Positions 26,301 to 35,411 of a stretch of 64,000 bases of DNA are shown here, in pieces. The notes under the pieces were generated by a model that did not search any database, had not been told where the DNA came from, and saw nothing but the letters and a program-made list of their open reading frames with translations. This DNA is from Candidatus Omnitrophota bacterium (GTDB lineage Bacteria > Omnitrophota > Gorgyraeia > DTHP01), in NCBI GenBank assembly GCA_023819145.1, contig JAMWCW010000001.1, positions 66,400 through 130,399 on the forward strand, written 5' to 3'. The position numbers and the translations under genes are program-made. Positions within the stretch are counted from its first letter, which is position 1. Each line of letters opens with the position of its first letter.

Positions 26301-29300
26301 ATCTGATTTTAGGAGGAAAAATTTATGAGCTTTCTTTAGCAGAAGATGGATCAATCTTTACAATTAGCCAAACTCCTATTATTACGATTGAGCAACAAAC
26401 TTGGGAAGCAATAAGAACACTTATTGCTTACGAGCGGACAAATACTGGAAGTGTAACTGGCCCGAGTGCAATTGGCTGGGCTGATATTAGTATAGTAATA
26501 GAAAAAGAGGACAAAGTGTACTTTGAGGTGCCAGTGAAATCAATTGATGAGGGAAGATATGTATTGAGATTTGATAGTAAGGGACAATTAATTAAGAGAG
26601 ATGGTGCAGTATTGAGTTTTACTCCCACAGATTCAGATGAATCCCAAAAAGCAGAAAGCTTTAAAACATTTTTGCAAAATAATGTAGGCAATCTTCCTTT
26701 ATCTGCAGCAGGCAAAGCCTATGAGAGATTTTGTTCACAGTTGGCAATTGCTGGTGTGGCTAAAGTAGATTGGGAGATATTTCTTCGTAGCTGGAATGAA
26801 GGGGCAAAAACTCTTGAAGGCTTTAGTGACCCCGGATGGGGTGGGGGACTTAGTAGGAGCGAACTTATCGCGGCATTGGAGCTTAGTGATGAGCAGAAAC
26901 AACAGCAGTTGCGTAGAATTGAGGCTACAGATATAAATGGGTTTAATAAATATCTTTATATTGATGACAAGGGAAATATAGTTTATGTAGAAGAACTACC
27001 TGATCCCTCGAAAGGAAAATATAAAGGATATTTATTAAGGTATCAGTGGAATGATTCTGCTAATCCTCCGGAAGCGAATATTTCTGGAGTATTGGTAGGA
27101 GCTATGCAGCGTTCAACTTCACAAAATGTTTTATCACAAAATGTTTTATATGGAATAGTAGCAGAGGTTGATAATGGTGGGGGTTATGTAAAATTGAATG
27201 ATAAAGGATTTGAATTAAATTTAAATATTATATTTAAAGGTAATAACAAGGGGTATGAGAATCTTTTTGATTTTGAAACATACAAAATCGAAATCAAGGT
27301 TAGTAGAGTGGATAATACATTGACGCAGGTAGAAACAACGAATTGGGCTAATTCTAATGCGCAAAGATGGTATACGAGCTCTACCATTACTACAGTAGTA
27401 GGGCTACTGGAGGATGGGAAATTTGAAAAAAAGCGAGAAGAAAGGGTATTAAAAAATAATGAGGGGGAGCAAGAAACAATCACTTTTCCTGAATTTGATG
27501 GAAAAGGCAACCCCACTAAAAAACAGGTGCATTCTTTGAGGAAAGTCGATATTGAGGGTTGGGAATGGAGAGAGGATAATTATACAGAGACAGGAACTCT
27601 TAACAGTAATCAACAATGGGTGAGGAAAGGTTATGAACCTAATACTCAAAGGACAATTAAGCTAAGTAGAGGAAATGGGGATTATCTACAGCAGGAGTAC
27701 TCTATAGATGGAAATGGAAAAGCAATCAGATGTGTTATTGAGGAAAAAAGAGGTTCGGTAACTGCCAAAGTAGAAGAAGAAGTAGTAGGTGAAGGGGATT
27801 TATTATTCTTAGGAGAGAATACACAACTTACCTTGAATATTAATGGAGATAGGATAGATCCCAAAACAGGACAAACGGTAAGTGTAAGTGGCAATAATGT
27901 AGTAAGGTCTGTTTATGTATTTAAGGACGAAGAGGTGGCAGCACTTAAACAGCAGGGCTTAACCATAAGGGCTGGTATTCCTTATATCCTTGATAAATAT
28001 GAAGATGGTTCGTTTAGAATATATACCGCATTTGTAGAACAAACATATCTTGATGCACAAGGAAAACCTAAAGCGTATTATGTGGCTGGAGAATATGTAG
28101 GAACCCTTGGTTCAAAAAAAGCCAGTGACGGTGCCAGTGGCGGAGGCGGTGGAGGAGGTGGAGGAGGTGGAGGAGGTGGACCGGCAGGAAGTGACAAAAT
28201 TCCTCCTTCACAAATAGCTAATCAGGATACAGGAGAGATTGTTGGTGGTATGGAAGGGCAATTAGATGGTTTTGTGAAAAGAAGCTATCCTGAGAGAGTA
28301 GAGGAATTAGCTCATACTTATCGGGCAATGGGTCCGGGAATGAAGGAGAGAGCACTTTCTATAAACGATAGAGATAGTGCCAGAATATATCTATTGGGGA
28401 GATTTCTTTCCAGAGATAAAATTAAACAAGTTCTTTCGGTTCTTAAAAATAAGAATCTTTCTATTGAGGAAAAACGCGCTTTACTTAAGAAACTGGGGCT
28501 TTCGGATAAATTGCTTGACTTACTCCTTAATGGTGATGAAGAAGCATTAATTAAAGAAGCTCAAAAAATGCTCCTTAAGGATTTCGGGCTTTCTGATGAG
28601 GAGATTGAAGAATTCTTCAAGAGCAGTGATAAAAAAGGATATTTGCAGAAGAAAGGACTTTCTGATGAACGCATTGAGGCGGTAATGGAGATAACAGATT
28701 TAGAGAAGGCTCAAGAGGCAATCCTTAATCAGGAGGCAGTTTTGGAAGAGTTGCTCAGTGAGGAAGAGAAAGCACTTATGGAGGAGCTTTTTGCTTTGTT
28801 AGAGGAATATACCGGATTTATTAGTGATGAAGAGTATGCGGAATTAAGGGAGATTTTGGTAGATTTGGGGCTTTCTGAGGAGACCATAGATGATTTAATA
28901 GGTAAAAATGCGGATGAGTTTATGAATAGTCAGTTGCGGAATTGGGCAATGATGGATGAGAAAAATATTCTTGAATTGGCAAGGATGCTTTTCTTTGATG
29001 AAGACTTAAAGTTAGATAAATGGACTGCGGAGTTTATTGTAAAAGGTGATGAGTTTATGGTAAATGAGCTCTTAAGTAAAATTAGACAAGCAGTAAAAGA
29101 GTATCTTGAAGAGTATTGGGGTAAAGAGGTCAGTGAAGAAGAAGTTAAAGGTTTGGATGAGGCGACTAGAGAGAAAATTGCCGATGCTTTACTGCAAGCG
29201 ATAGGTAGAGGAGGACTTACGCTGGAAAATGCTTCTAAAAAAGTAAAGGAAATTCTTGCAGAGATTATCCCTTTGAAGGAAGCGAAAGAGGAGAAGAGCC

Positions 29301-29443
29301 CTATTCAGCCAGCACCTTCTCCGGAACCGTTACAGCCACAATCTCTTGCTGCGGTAAGTATTCAGGGTAACTGGAGGAGCAAAAATAATGATGATGATAT
29401 TCCGCGGTTGTTAAGAGAAAAAAATGAACTCAGAAGCAGATAG
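23396..29443 (+). CDS. Giant secreted protein (2015 aa) with poly-Gly linker and C-terminal acidic helical GLSDEE-type repeats
   Basis: Signal-like N-terminus, DxDxDG-like FDLDNDGNVD, a run of 14 Gly, then repeated LGLSDExIEE / GLSEETIDDL motifs. RBS AAAGGAGGG. No catalytic motif recognised. Confidence 0.5.
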   Translation: MKKTRFLLNRAGGILILFLILAFTKPGEGLFFTGDDPTQYHMSTGCGMYGNGCNAFGDQERQTPGLLRQMSSSPASIQFKDGIPVTGDSVRWSLFDLDNDGNVDCYIDESGNRYLKTITSDGIITGYILAKNLENGDLDVQVYGYTQTSGYFPIIPIEPLDHTEQNTQVVETQYRLVAHFKVDQAAGLNSLIKAILDDTRLQSFLQKFDPNMNSMLNVGGQQLKLVESFTYNDTDSEWNKNDQEEKYYSSINGYLKREVISGKEYYYVYNSDYTLAARYTKDTSGDITSLTFITPSGGAFERGKLISGTEYELSGASLGYLKGLSELSLNINNIGSLMEKSAIIAGTSWLKLGENHYFQLKKGTIEQVVTVTVADDGKSSSLTLQRLKLEDDKLVVVNGQSITVSNALLTGKLPSGYLDSSITSPKVLDLILKGASIDYTHQRIYFDYTGKTYAYDVTGEGLQYYYVYYMGGGNTLPLLQIYGPDTNITTENPDLTLTVPQELKITNFTFNVKGTSATLSFQADGKEYTYNLPTSKNGSFTLSIDPQATGAGVIAPTIKILPPALSEEQKRWIASILGLEDDPGGRTAVQQLDNLLGDSQNYFVTGNYFGIQSGESIFIFNTSSLSAGSRYLKFDGKNLIINEGTTTITIGDFAKVLKSLGFSAWLDAFKSMEEDSLRTLFGLNPSNSANFTLAFEKIITEAQKEFYNFSFEKDTSGSNYSPRGYAKAMLDNSRSVVVVEFYISDGDSFTKVLGFDRPTLLQILDRSETFEGLYEKAKGFVRNISYVKRLDGTYVWVCSIGNKFVQFYSIGGGSEWWALAVDATGDVTVYDSGWEIKYTIAKIELESSPSPSVDLVKSLIFDEQTLHLLRLSIEQRGDGGVTGVTIQRNKIEVWELKKASANSNALKRIEKFTLLGEESVVAGRATPLDPEPVIEFGSRKIKEIQFTNFAGMVTFARGISFKTQGDKSYLILGGKIYELSLAEDGSIFTISQTPIITIEQQTWEAIRTLIAYERTNTGSVTGPSAIGWADISIVIEKEDKVYFEVPVKSIDEGRYVLRFDSKGQLIKRDGAVLSFTPTDSDESQKAESFKTFLQNNVGNLPLSAAGKAYERFCSQLAIAGVAKVDWEIFLRSWNEGAKTLEGFSDPGWGGGLSRSELIAALELSDEQKQQQLRRIEATDINGFNKYLYIDDKGNIVYVEELPDPSKGKYKGYLLRYQWNDSANPPEANISGVLVGAMQRSTSQNVLSQNVLYGIVAEVDNGGGYVKLNDKGFELNLNIIFKGNNKGYENLFDFETYKIEIKVSRVDNTLTQVETTNWANSNAQRWYTSSTITTVVGLLEDGKFEKKREERVLKNNEGEQETITFPEFDGKGNPTKKQVHSLRKVDIEGWEWREDNYTETGTLNSNQQWVRKGYEPNTQRTIKLSRGNGDYLQQEYSIDGNGKAIRCVIEEKRGSVTAKVEEEVVGEGDLLFLGENTQLTLNINGDRIDPKTGQTVSVSGNNVVRSVYVFKDEEVAALKQQGLTIRAGIPYILDKYEDGSFRIYTAFVEQTYLDAQGKPKAYYVAGEYVGTLGSKKASDGASGGGGGGGGGGGGGGPAGSDKIPPSQIANQDTGEIVGGMEGQLDGFVKRSYPERVEELAHTYRAMGPGMKERALSINDRDSARIYLLGRFLSRDKIKQVLSVLKNKNLSIEEKRALLKKLGLSDKLLDLLLNGDEEALIKEAQKMLLKDFGLSDEEIEEFFKSSDKKGYLQKKGLSDERIEAVMEITDLEKAQEAILNQEAVLEELLSEEEKALMEELFALLEEYTGFISDEEYAELREILVDLGLSEETIDDLIGKNADEFMNSQLRNWAMMDEKNILELARMLFFDEDLKLDKWTAEFIVKGDEFMVNELLSKIRQAVKEYLEEYWGKEVSEEEVKGLDEATREKIADALLQAIGRGGLTLENASKKVKEILAEIIPLKEAKEEKSPIQPAPSPEPLQPQSLAAVSIQGNWRSKNNDDDIPRLLREKNELRSR
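28138..28180 (+). repeat. (GGA/GGT)n simple sequence repeat encoding a poly-Gly tract
   Basis: ggcggaggcggtggaggaggtggaggaggtggaggaggtgga. Confidence 0.7.
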
Positions 29444-29474
29444 GTTAAACAAAAGTAATTAACCCCAAACCCCT

Positions 29475-29566
29475 GCCCACCGCGTAGGTGGGCATTTTTT
29501 CTTGACATAAGCTTATAAATTTGCTATATTTATTATAGAGTTTAAGGGACACCTACGCGGTGGGAT
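29475..29566. repeat. REP-like inverted-repeat doublet, copy B, with embedded promoter for the RAYT gene
   Basis: gcccaccgcgtaggtgggc ... ggacacctacgcggtggga. TTGACA-N17-TATATT (29502-29530) sits in the loop. Confidence 0.6.
29502..29530 (+). promoter_or_regulatory. Sigma70-like promoter TTGACA-N17-TATATT inside REP doublet B
   Basis: cttgacataagcttataaatttgctatatt. Confidence 0.45.
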
Positions 29567-29622
29567 AGGTTTTATTAATTATAGGAGAGTATAAAGAAGT
29601 TAACGAGAGTTAAGGAGAAAAA

Positions 29623-30276
29623 ATGAGAAAGAATTTTCTGGCAGTAGGAGAAATTTATCACGTGTTGAATAAAAGTATTGCGGGTTTTCAGATTTTTAAC
29701 GATGAAGATGAATATCAGCGAATGGCTGGGCTTTTTGCCTATTATCAAAAAGAGAATCCTCCAGTTAAGTTCTCTAAGTATTTAAATTCCAATAAAAAAG
29801 GTTCTGAGGGGGAGAATACAGGAAATAAATTAGTGGAAATTATCGCCTATTGTCTTATGCCTACCCATCTTCATCTCTTATTGAGACAGATGAAAGAAGA
29901 AGGGATTTCTCTTTTTATGGGAAATGTTTTAAATAGCTACACCCGCTATTTTAATACCCGACATAAGCGCAAAGGACCTCTCTGGGAGGGTAGATTTAAA
30001 AGAATTCAAGTAAAAACCGAGGAAAATTTATTGCACCTTACCCGCTATATCCATCTTAATCCGGTTACAGCGTATCTGGTGAACAAGCCCGAGGATTGGC
30101 TTTTTTCTTCTTATCGAGAGTATTTAGGTCAGGTTGATGGTAAGGAGAAAATTTGCAATTTTGAAGATTCTTTAGAGATAGGCCCTGACTATAAAGAATT
30201 TGTGGAAGATAGAATTTCTTACCAGAGAGAACTTGCTCAGATTAAAGATTTAATAGTTGAAAACCTCTCCACCTAA
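29623..30276 (+). CDS. REP-associated tyrosine transposase (RAYT; IS200/IS605-family Y1 HuH transposase)
   Basis: AYCLMPTHLHLLL (HuH motif), catalytic Tyr region NSYTRYFN, and GPLWEGRFKRI...YIHLNPV...WLFSSYREY fit the Y1_Tnp / RAYT fold. Flanked on both sides by REP doublets. Confidence 0.7.
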   Translation: MRKNFLAVGEIYHVLNKSIAGFQIFNDEDEYQRMAGLFAYYQKENPPVKFSKYLNSNKKGSEGENTGNKLVEIIAYCLMPTHLHLLLRQMKEEGISLFMGNVLNSYTRYFNTRHKRKGPLWEGRFKRIQVKTEENLLHLTRYIHLNPVTAYLVNKPEDWLFSSYREYLGQVDGKEKICNFEDSLEIGPDYKEFVEDRISYQRELAQIKDLIVENLST

Positions 30277-30282
30277 ACCTTA

Positions 30283-30377
30283 GACCACCTCGTAGGTGTC
30301 CTAAATCGATGATTATAAGTGTAAGAAATTATGTAGCTTATGATGAAGGAAATAGACCACCTACGAGGTGGGTACGG
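30283..30377. repeat. REP-like inverted-repeat doublet, copy C
   Basis: gaccacctcgtaggtgtcc ... gaccacctacgaggtgggtacgg, immediately after the RAYT stop codon. Confidence 0.6.
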
Positions 30378-30439
30378 TTTATAACGGTAGGAAAAGGAAG
30401 GAAGAAGAGGAAAGGTAAGTGAGAGGAGGAAAGAGGGAG

Positions 30440-30838
30440 ATGAAAAAAAGAATTCTGTTTTTGGGGATGGTTGGAGTATTATTGAGTTTTGTTTCTTGTG
30501 GAAAGGCAAAAGAGGAAGTTTACGAATCAGAGACAAAGGCAAGCGAAGAGGTGAAAATAGCTATGGTAGAGGAGGGAGAAATGGCCCAGAAACCTGAACT
30601 AAAATATGTGGAAGGAGAGCTTTTAGTAAAGTTTAAACCCGAAGTTTCTGCAGAAGAGATAATTACGATCCTCAAAGACGAATATCAATGCGAGATTATT
30701 GATATTATAAAAGGATTAGATGTTTACAGGATAAAAATGCCCAAAGGAAAAACTGTCCCCGAGATGGTGGAGTTATTGAGTAAAGATGAACGGGTGAAAT
30801 ACGCCGAACCTAACTATATCTATCGCTTACAGATGTAG
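30440..30838 (+). CDS. Lipoprotein with subtilisin-propeptide (inhibitor I9)-like domain
   Basis: Signal plus lipobox-like LLSFVSC. ELLVKFKPEVSAEEI...VYRIKMPKG...VKYAEPNYIYRL matches the I9 propeptide pattern ending in veYvEPdy. Confidence 0.45.
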   Translation: MKKRILFLGMVGVLLSFVSCGKAKEEVYESETKASEEVKIAMVEEGEMAQKPELKYVEGELLVKFKPEVSAEEIITILKDEYQCEIIDIIKGLDVYRIKMPKGKTVPEMVELLSKDERVKYAEPNYIYRLQM

Positions 30839-30847
30839 AGGTAAAAC

Positions 30848-31612
30848 ATGAGACGCAGTATAATCGCGAGAGATAAAGCGGAATTAGTGCGCAAAATGAG
30901 GCTAAAATATTTATTTTCTTTTGGCGTAATCAGCGGGTTTGTTTTTTACTCTGGCTTGGCTTTCGCAGAGGAAAAAGCAGAAAAGCTTGAGGATTACAGC
31001 AAGTACGGTTATACCCTTAAATATAAAGACCCCAAGGTCTATACTACGCAACCGGGAGAAAAAGAATCTCCCTACCATCAGAAAGAACCCCAGCTTCCTC
31101 CCGCTTTAGAAGGCAGAACCAAATCGCCCCAATGGTCTAAACCAGAAAAGTTGCAAGAGGTTAAACCGGAAGAACTCTACATGCCTCCCTTGGAAGCAAT
31201 TTTAGGCTCATTACCACCTCCTCGCGAAGAGGAAAGCGTAGAAGAAAAGATTTTAACTAAAGAAGGGGAGATTTCCTTAGAGGCTTGGGGAGAAAAAGTA
31301 GAGTTAATGATTGAGGAAGTTCTGGGGAAAGAAGCTGAGGTGAAATTGGTAAGAGAAGGATTTTCTTTTACTACGCCGGTTACTCCCGTAGAGGAAGAAG
31401 AAGAAAAAGAAGTCCAAGAAAAACCTTCTACCTCCCTTTTCTCTGATACTTGGGAGATGCTTATCCAAGAAGGAAGGGTTACCCTTAAACCTTTAGGGAA
31501 AGTCTCACCCGAAGATTTAGAGAAAATTGCTGCTTATTTAGTAGACCTCTTAGGAAGGGGCGGAGAAATAACTAAGATAAGTCCGGAAGGAATTGAGGTT
31601 GAACTAAAATAG
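30848..31612 (+). CDS. Hypothetical Glu/Pro-rich secreted or membrane protein
   Basis: N-terminal hydrophobic helix; low-complexity acidic sequence; no motif recognised. Confidence 0.3.
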   Translation: MRRSIIARDKAELVRKMRLKYLFSFGVISGFVFYSGLAFAEEKAEKLEDYSKYGYTLKYKDPKVYTTQPGEKESPYHQKEPQLPPALEGRTKSPQWSKPEKLQEVKPEELYMPPLEAILGSLPPPREEESVEEKILTKEGEISLEAWGEKVELMIEEVLGKEAEVKLVREGFSFTTPVTPVEEEEEKEVQEKPSTSLFSDTWEMLIQEGRVTLKPLGKVSPEDLEKIAAYLVDLLGRGGEITKISPEGIEVELK

Positions 31613-31680
31613 ATACTGTATCAAACCATATCAAGAAACTTTCTCGCTTATTTATTCCCAAATCTCACGAGAAAAGATAA

Positions 31681-31712
31681 ACCGTATCAGAGCCGTGATA
31701 CGGTATTTAATT
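31681..31712 (+). terminator. Possible rho-independent terminator hairpin
   Basis: accgtatca-gagccg-tgatacggt stem-loop followed by atttaattt. Confidence 0.3.
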
Positions 31713-31922
31713 TCCTAAATTACCGAGCCACTCTCCATAAAGCAAGGGTATCAACTGTATCATAATTCTTTAAAAACCCTTGCCAAAATCCCTGCCGAAA
31801 AAGATAAGAAAAAAATATAACCAAAATGATTTTTTTTCTTGACAAAAGTTCTTAATTATGATAAGGTTAAAACCCTGATACTGTTTGATATAGTTAAACC
31901 CCCTTTAAAACAGGAGGGAGAA

Positions 31923-34109
31923 ATGAAGAAAGGTTTATTAAGGAAAGGAACCTTCATCGGGTTTCTTTTTTTATTGTTCTGGACAAGTAAGGTGAAGGGA
32001 GAAAAACAGGAAAGGAGTTTGGATAGTATAGAGCTAAAAGAACGGAATGAAGGGATACGGTTGATTATCTTGACCGACCAACCAGTAGAATATTCAGTGT
32101 ATGAAACCGACCTTCCTCCACGGCTGATTGTTGACCTCATCGGTACAGATATTTATGCCCATTCTAGAGTACCTTCTCATCTTGTGGTAGATAAATCACA
32201 ACTTAGGGCGGTGAACTTGCGTTGGTATGGCAAGCCTCCAGAAAAAGAAGGAGAACGGGCAAAAGTAGATTTGATAGAGTTTTTGCTAAAGAAAAAAGTT
32301 AAATATAAAGTGCTTAAACAAAATAACCGGATTATCGTAGATTTGGATTTACCGGGTTTTGTGCCTACGAAAGAGATAACGGAGGAGAAAGAAGTAAAAA
32401 CCCCTTTAGTAAATTTAGAACCCAGATTTCTGGAAGAAACCGAGGGTTGGGAAAAATGGATGGACATTGCCCTTGCCAATTACAAACCACTCCATATCGC
32501 TTATGAACAGGTGGAACTGGCACAGATAAAGGTGCGCGAAGCAAGAAGAATGCTTTTCCCGATTACGGTGATTAAGGCTGGACGCACCCGCGGTGATACT
32601 TCCGTAAGGGATGTCAGTTTTACGGAACAATCCTTTGGGATTCAGATGGAACAACCCATTAGCCAGGGAGGAGAACTGCGTTATAAATTGGAACAGGCTC
32701 TGGTTAATATGGATATTGCTCAGCGCGAGTATGAGCGGATAAAGGCAGATTATATGCTGGAAGTGAAACGCGCCTATTACAATTTACTGATTTATATTAT
32801 GAATGCAAAAATTTATGAAGATATTTTTAAGGAAGCAAATGATTTTTTGGAAATGGCCAAAAACCACTATGAAAAGAAATTAATTACCCAGTTGGAATTC
32901 CTCAATGTCCAGTCCCTCTATAGCCAGATTAAATACCAGCTGGTGGCTGCCCAGAAAGACCGCACCTTGGCAGAGCTTACTTTCAAACAAGTGCTAAACT
33001 TAGACCCCACGGTTACGCTGGAGCTTGAAGGCTGGTTAAAATTTGAAAAGCTTAATTTACACTTAGAACGGTGCAAGGAAATTGCTTTTAAGAAGAGGCC
33101 AGAGTTATCCATTAATGAGTTGATTGTCCGCTTTAATGAGTTAGGACAGAAAGCAGCAGATTCCAAAGAGAAACTTAAAGTTAGTCTAAGCGGATATTTG
33201 GGCACTACGGGAAGTGCCTATGATACTGAAGAGTTAAAGATGAAATCTGACTGGTTTCTAGGGCTTAAACTGAGCAAGGCATTTGGAGGGAATACCTTAA
33301 ATACCTCCCTGGTCAAGGAAGAGACGGTTCCTCGGCTTTCTCTTTCCCAGGAAAAAACCGGGAGTATAAGCGCCTCTGCAGAGTTTAATCTCTTAGATGG
33401 ACTTAGTCGTTTATCAGAGAAAAAAGGAGCCAGCGTAGAATATCTGCGCGCGGTGAATGAATTGTGGGAGGTGAAAAAGACTGTGGAATCAGAAGTGGTC
33501 AGTTCTTTTAACGAGTATCAGAAAGCCCTTTATCAATTAGATAATGTCTGGGAACGTATCCAGTTTCAGAAGAAGCGCGTGGATGTGACGGAGGCGCGCT
33601 GGAAACTGAATGAGGCAGGTATTTCTGATGTGCTGGAAGCAAAGATTGCCCTTGCTTCGGAAAAAGCATATTACAATAATCTCTTAGCCAATTACTATGG
33701 GGCGTTGAGCACGCTTACAAAAGCGTGCGGTCTGTATAAATATGCGGAGTTGATTCAAGGAGCTTCTCCGGAAATATTCTGGCATCGGGTAGCGGGAACA
33801 GAGGAACTTGATTATACCCAACTGCATAAGGAAGTTTTTCTTCCTAAGGGCGAGAAAATAGTCAAAATTGAGGACCTTCCCGGAGGGAAAATTATTGCGG
33901 TAAATAACGAAAGTGGTTTTGCCATCATTAATCTCGGTCAGGACCAGGGTGTAAGAGAAGGAGCAGAGTTGTGGGTGTATCGCCGGAAGGAAAAGGTGGG
34001 AGTATTAAAAGTCAGTAAGACCAAAAATGCTACTTCTTCTTGTAGGATTGCCCGTGCGGAAGCAGGAGAGAAAATTAGATTAGGGGATGAAGTAAAGGTA
34101 ATACCTTAG
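31923..34109 (+). CDS. TolC-family outer membrane efflux protein with extra C-terminal beta-rich domain
   Basis: Signal peptide MKKGLLRKGTFIGFLFLLFWTS after RBS GGAGGGAG. Long amphipathic coiled-coil repeats typical of OEP/TolC. Followed by MFP and RND genes. C-terminal ~75 aa (GFAIINLGQDQGVREGAELWVY...) is shared with ORF 42350. Confidence 0.5.
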   Translation: MKKGLLRKGTFIGFLFLLFWTSKVKGEKQERSLDSIELKERNEGIRLIILTDQPVEYSVYETDLPPRLIVDLIGTDIYAHSRVPSHLVVDKSQLRAVNLRWYGKPPEKEGERAKVDLIEFLLKKKVKYKVLKQNNRIIVDLDLPGFVPTKEITEEKEVKTPLVNLEPRFLEETEGWEKWMDIALANYKPLHIAYEQVELAQIKVREARRMLFPITVIKAGRTRGDTSVRDVSFTEQSFGIQMEQPISQGGELRYKLEQALVNMDIAQREYERIKADYMLEVKRAYYNLLIYIMNAKIYEDIFKEANDFLEMAKNHYEKKLITQLEFLNVQSLYSQIKYQLVAAQKDRTLAELTFKQVLNLDPTVTLELEGWLKFEKLNLHLERCKEIAFKKRPELSINELIVRFNELGQKAADSKEKLKVSLSGYLGTTGSAYDTEELKMKSDWFLGLKLSKAFGGNTLNTSLVKEETVPRLSLSQEKTGSISASAEFNLLDGLSRLSEKKGASVEYLRAVNELWEVKKTVESEVVSSFNEYQKALYQLDNVWERIQFQKKRVDVTEARWKLNEAGISDVLEAKIALASEKAYYNNLLANYYGALSTLTKACGLYKYAELIQGASPEIFWHRVAGTEELDYTQLHKEVFLPKGEKIVKIEDLPGGKIIAVNNESGFAIINLGQDQGVREGAELWVYRRKEKVGVLKVSKTKNATSSCRIARAEAGEKIRLGDEVKVIP

Positions 34110-34142
34110 GTAAAATCAAAAATTAGCAAAAGGAGGAGAAAA

Positions 34143-35411
34143 ATGGCAAAAATGTCTCCTAAGAATTTAAGGATTGTAATTTTGATACTTATGGTGGTGT
34201 TAGTGATGGTTTTAGCGAAGAAATTAGCCAAGCCACCTCCGCAACCCCCAAAAGGGAGGACTACTGCTACTAAGGTTAGTCCCAAACTTACGCGGGGCGC
34301 AGAAGTGAAAAAGGAAGAAAAAAAGAAGAAAAAAGAGGAAAAAGCACCTCAGATTCCTTCTGCCTTGGAACAATTGCTGATGGGCACGGGTGAGGCAGAG
34401 AAAATTCCCGTTAAAGTTTATAAAATCTCCCGCACCGATTTTCAGGATGAACTGCCCATTGTGGGAACAGTAAGGAGTATTCCGGAGATAGACCTGAAGT
34501 TTGAGATAAATGGCAGAGTGGCAGAAATCCGGTTTAAGGAAGGAGAGCGGGTGAAAAAAGGAGAGCTTATTGCCCGGTTAGACCAAAAAGATGCCCAGTT
34601 AGAACTCTCTTGGGCAGAGGCAAAATATAATGCGGCGTTAGCAGAGGCAGAAGCAGTAAAGAAACGTGCAGAGACTATTGAGAAATTGTATGAAGTAGGG
34701 GCAATTGTAGAAGCACGGGTGGAAGAAGCAAGAGCAGAAGTCAAAGCCTCAGAAGAAAGAGCCAAAGTAGCAAAGGCAGAAGTAGAATCGGCTAAATCAA
34801 GACTGGAAAAGACTAATCTCTATGCTTCTCAAAATGGGATTATGGGCCCCCGGGACCTAGATGTAGGAGAGTTTGTTACCCCCAATGAACGTTTGGGAAC
34901 GCTTTTTAGTGAAGAGAATACTTTTATTGAAGTGGGGGTGATTGAAAAAGATATAGGTAAAGTTCAGACGGGTCAGAGGGTCATTGTAAATGTTGACGCT
35001 TATCCCTATACTGATTTCTATGGAGTAGTAGAAAATATCTTTCCTAACTTAGAAGCACGTACCCGCACCTTGAATGTACGCATCAGACTTATAGAAACCA
35101 AAACGACGCTTCTTCCAGGAATGTTTGCCCGGACAAGGATTGTGGTCTATACGAAAAAGAATGCCTTGGTTGTTCCCAGCACCGCACTGTCAGTAGAAGG
35201 GAGAAGATATTTTGTTCCCGTTGTTAAGGATAATCGGGTAAGGAATAAAGAAGTGTTTACCGAGTATGCCACGTTAGACTATGCAGTGATTGCCCGTGGA
35301 TTGGAAGAAGGGGAATTGGTTATTGTTGAGACGCCGGGATTAAAGAAATTAAAAGACGGAACTCCTGTGGAGATTACCGAGACCCAAGAGAAATTGGCCT
35401 CGGGTAAATAG
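34143..35411 (+). CDS. Efflux RND periplasmic adaptor (membrane fusion protein, HlyD/AcrA family)
   Basis: N-terminal TM, Lys/Glu-rich linker, long Ala/Glu coiled-coil hairpin, beta-barrel region; sits between the TolC-like and RND genes. Confidence 0.65.
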   Translation: MAKMSPKNLRIVILILMVVLVMVLAKKLAKPPPQPPKGRTTATKVSPKLTRGAEVKKEEKKKKKEEKAPQIPSALEQLLMGTGEAEKIPVKVYKISRTDFQDELPIVGTVRSIPEIDLKFEINGRVAEIRFKEGERVKKGELIARLDQKDAQLELSWAEAKYNAALAEAEAVKKRAETIEKLYEVGAIVEARVEEARAEVKASEERAKVAKAEVESAKSRLEKTNLYASQNGIMGPRDLDVGEFVTPNERLGTLFSEENTFIEVGVIEKDIGKVQTGQRVIVNVDAYPYTDFYGVVENIFPNLEARTRTLNVRIRLIETKTTLLPGMFARTRIVVYTKKNALVVPSTALSVEGRRYFVPVVKDNRVRNKEVFTEYATLDYAVIARGLEEGELVIVETPGLKKLKDGTPVEITETQEKLASGK

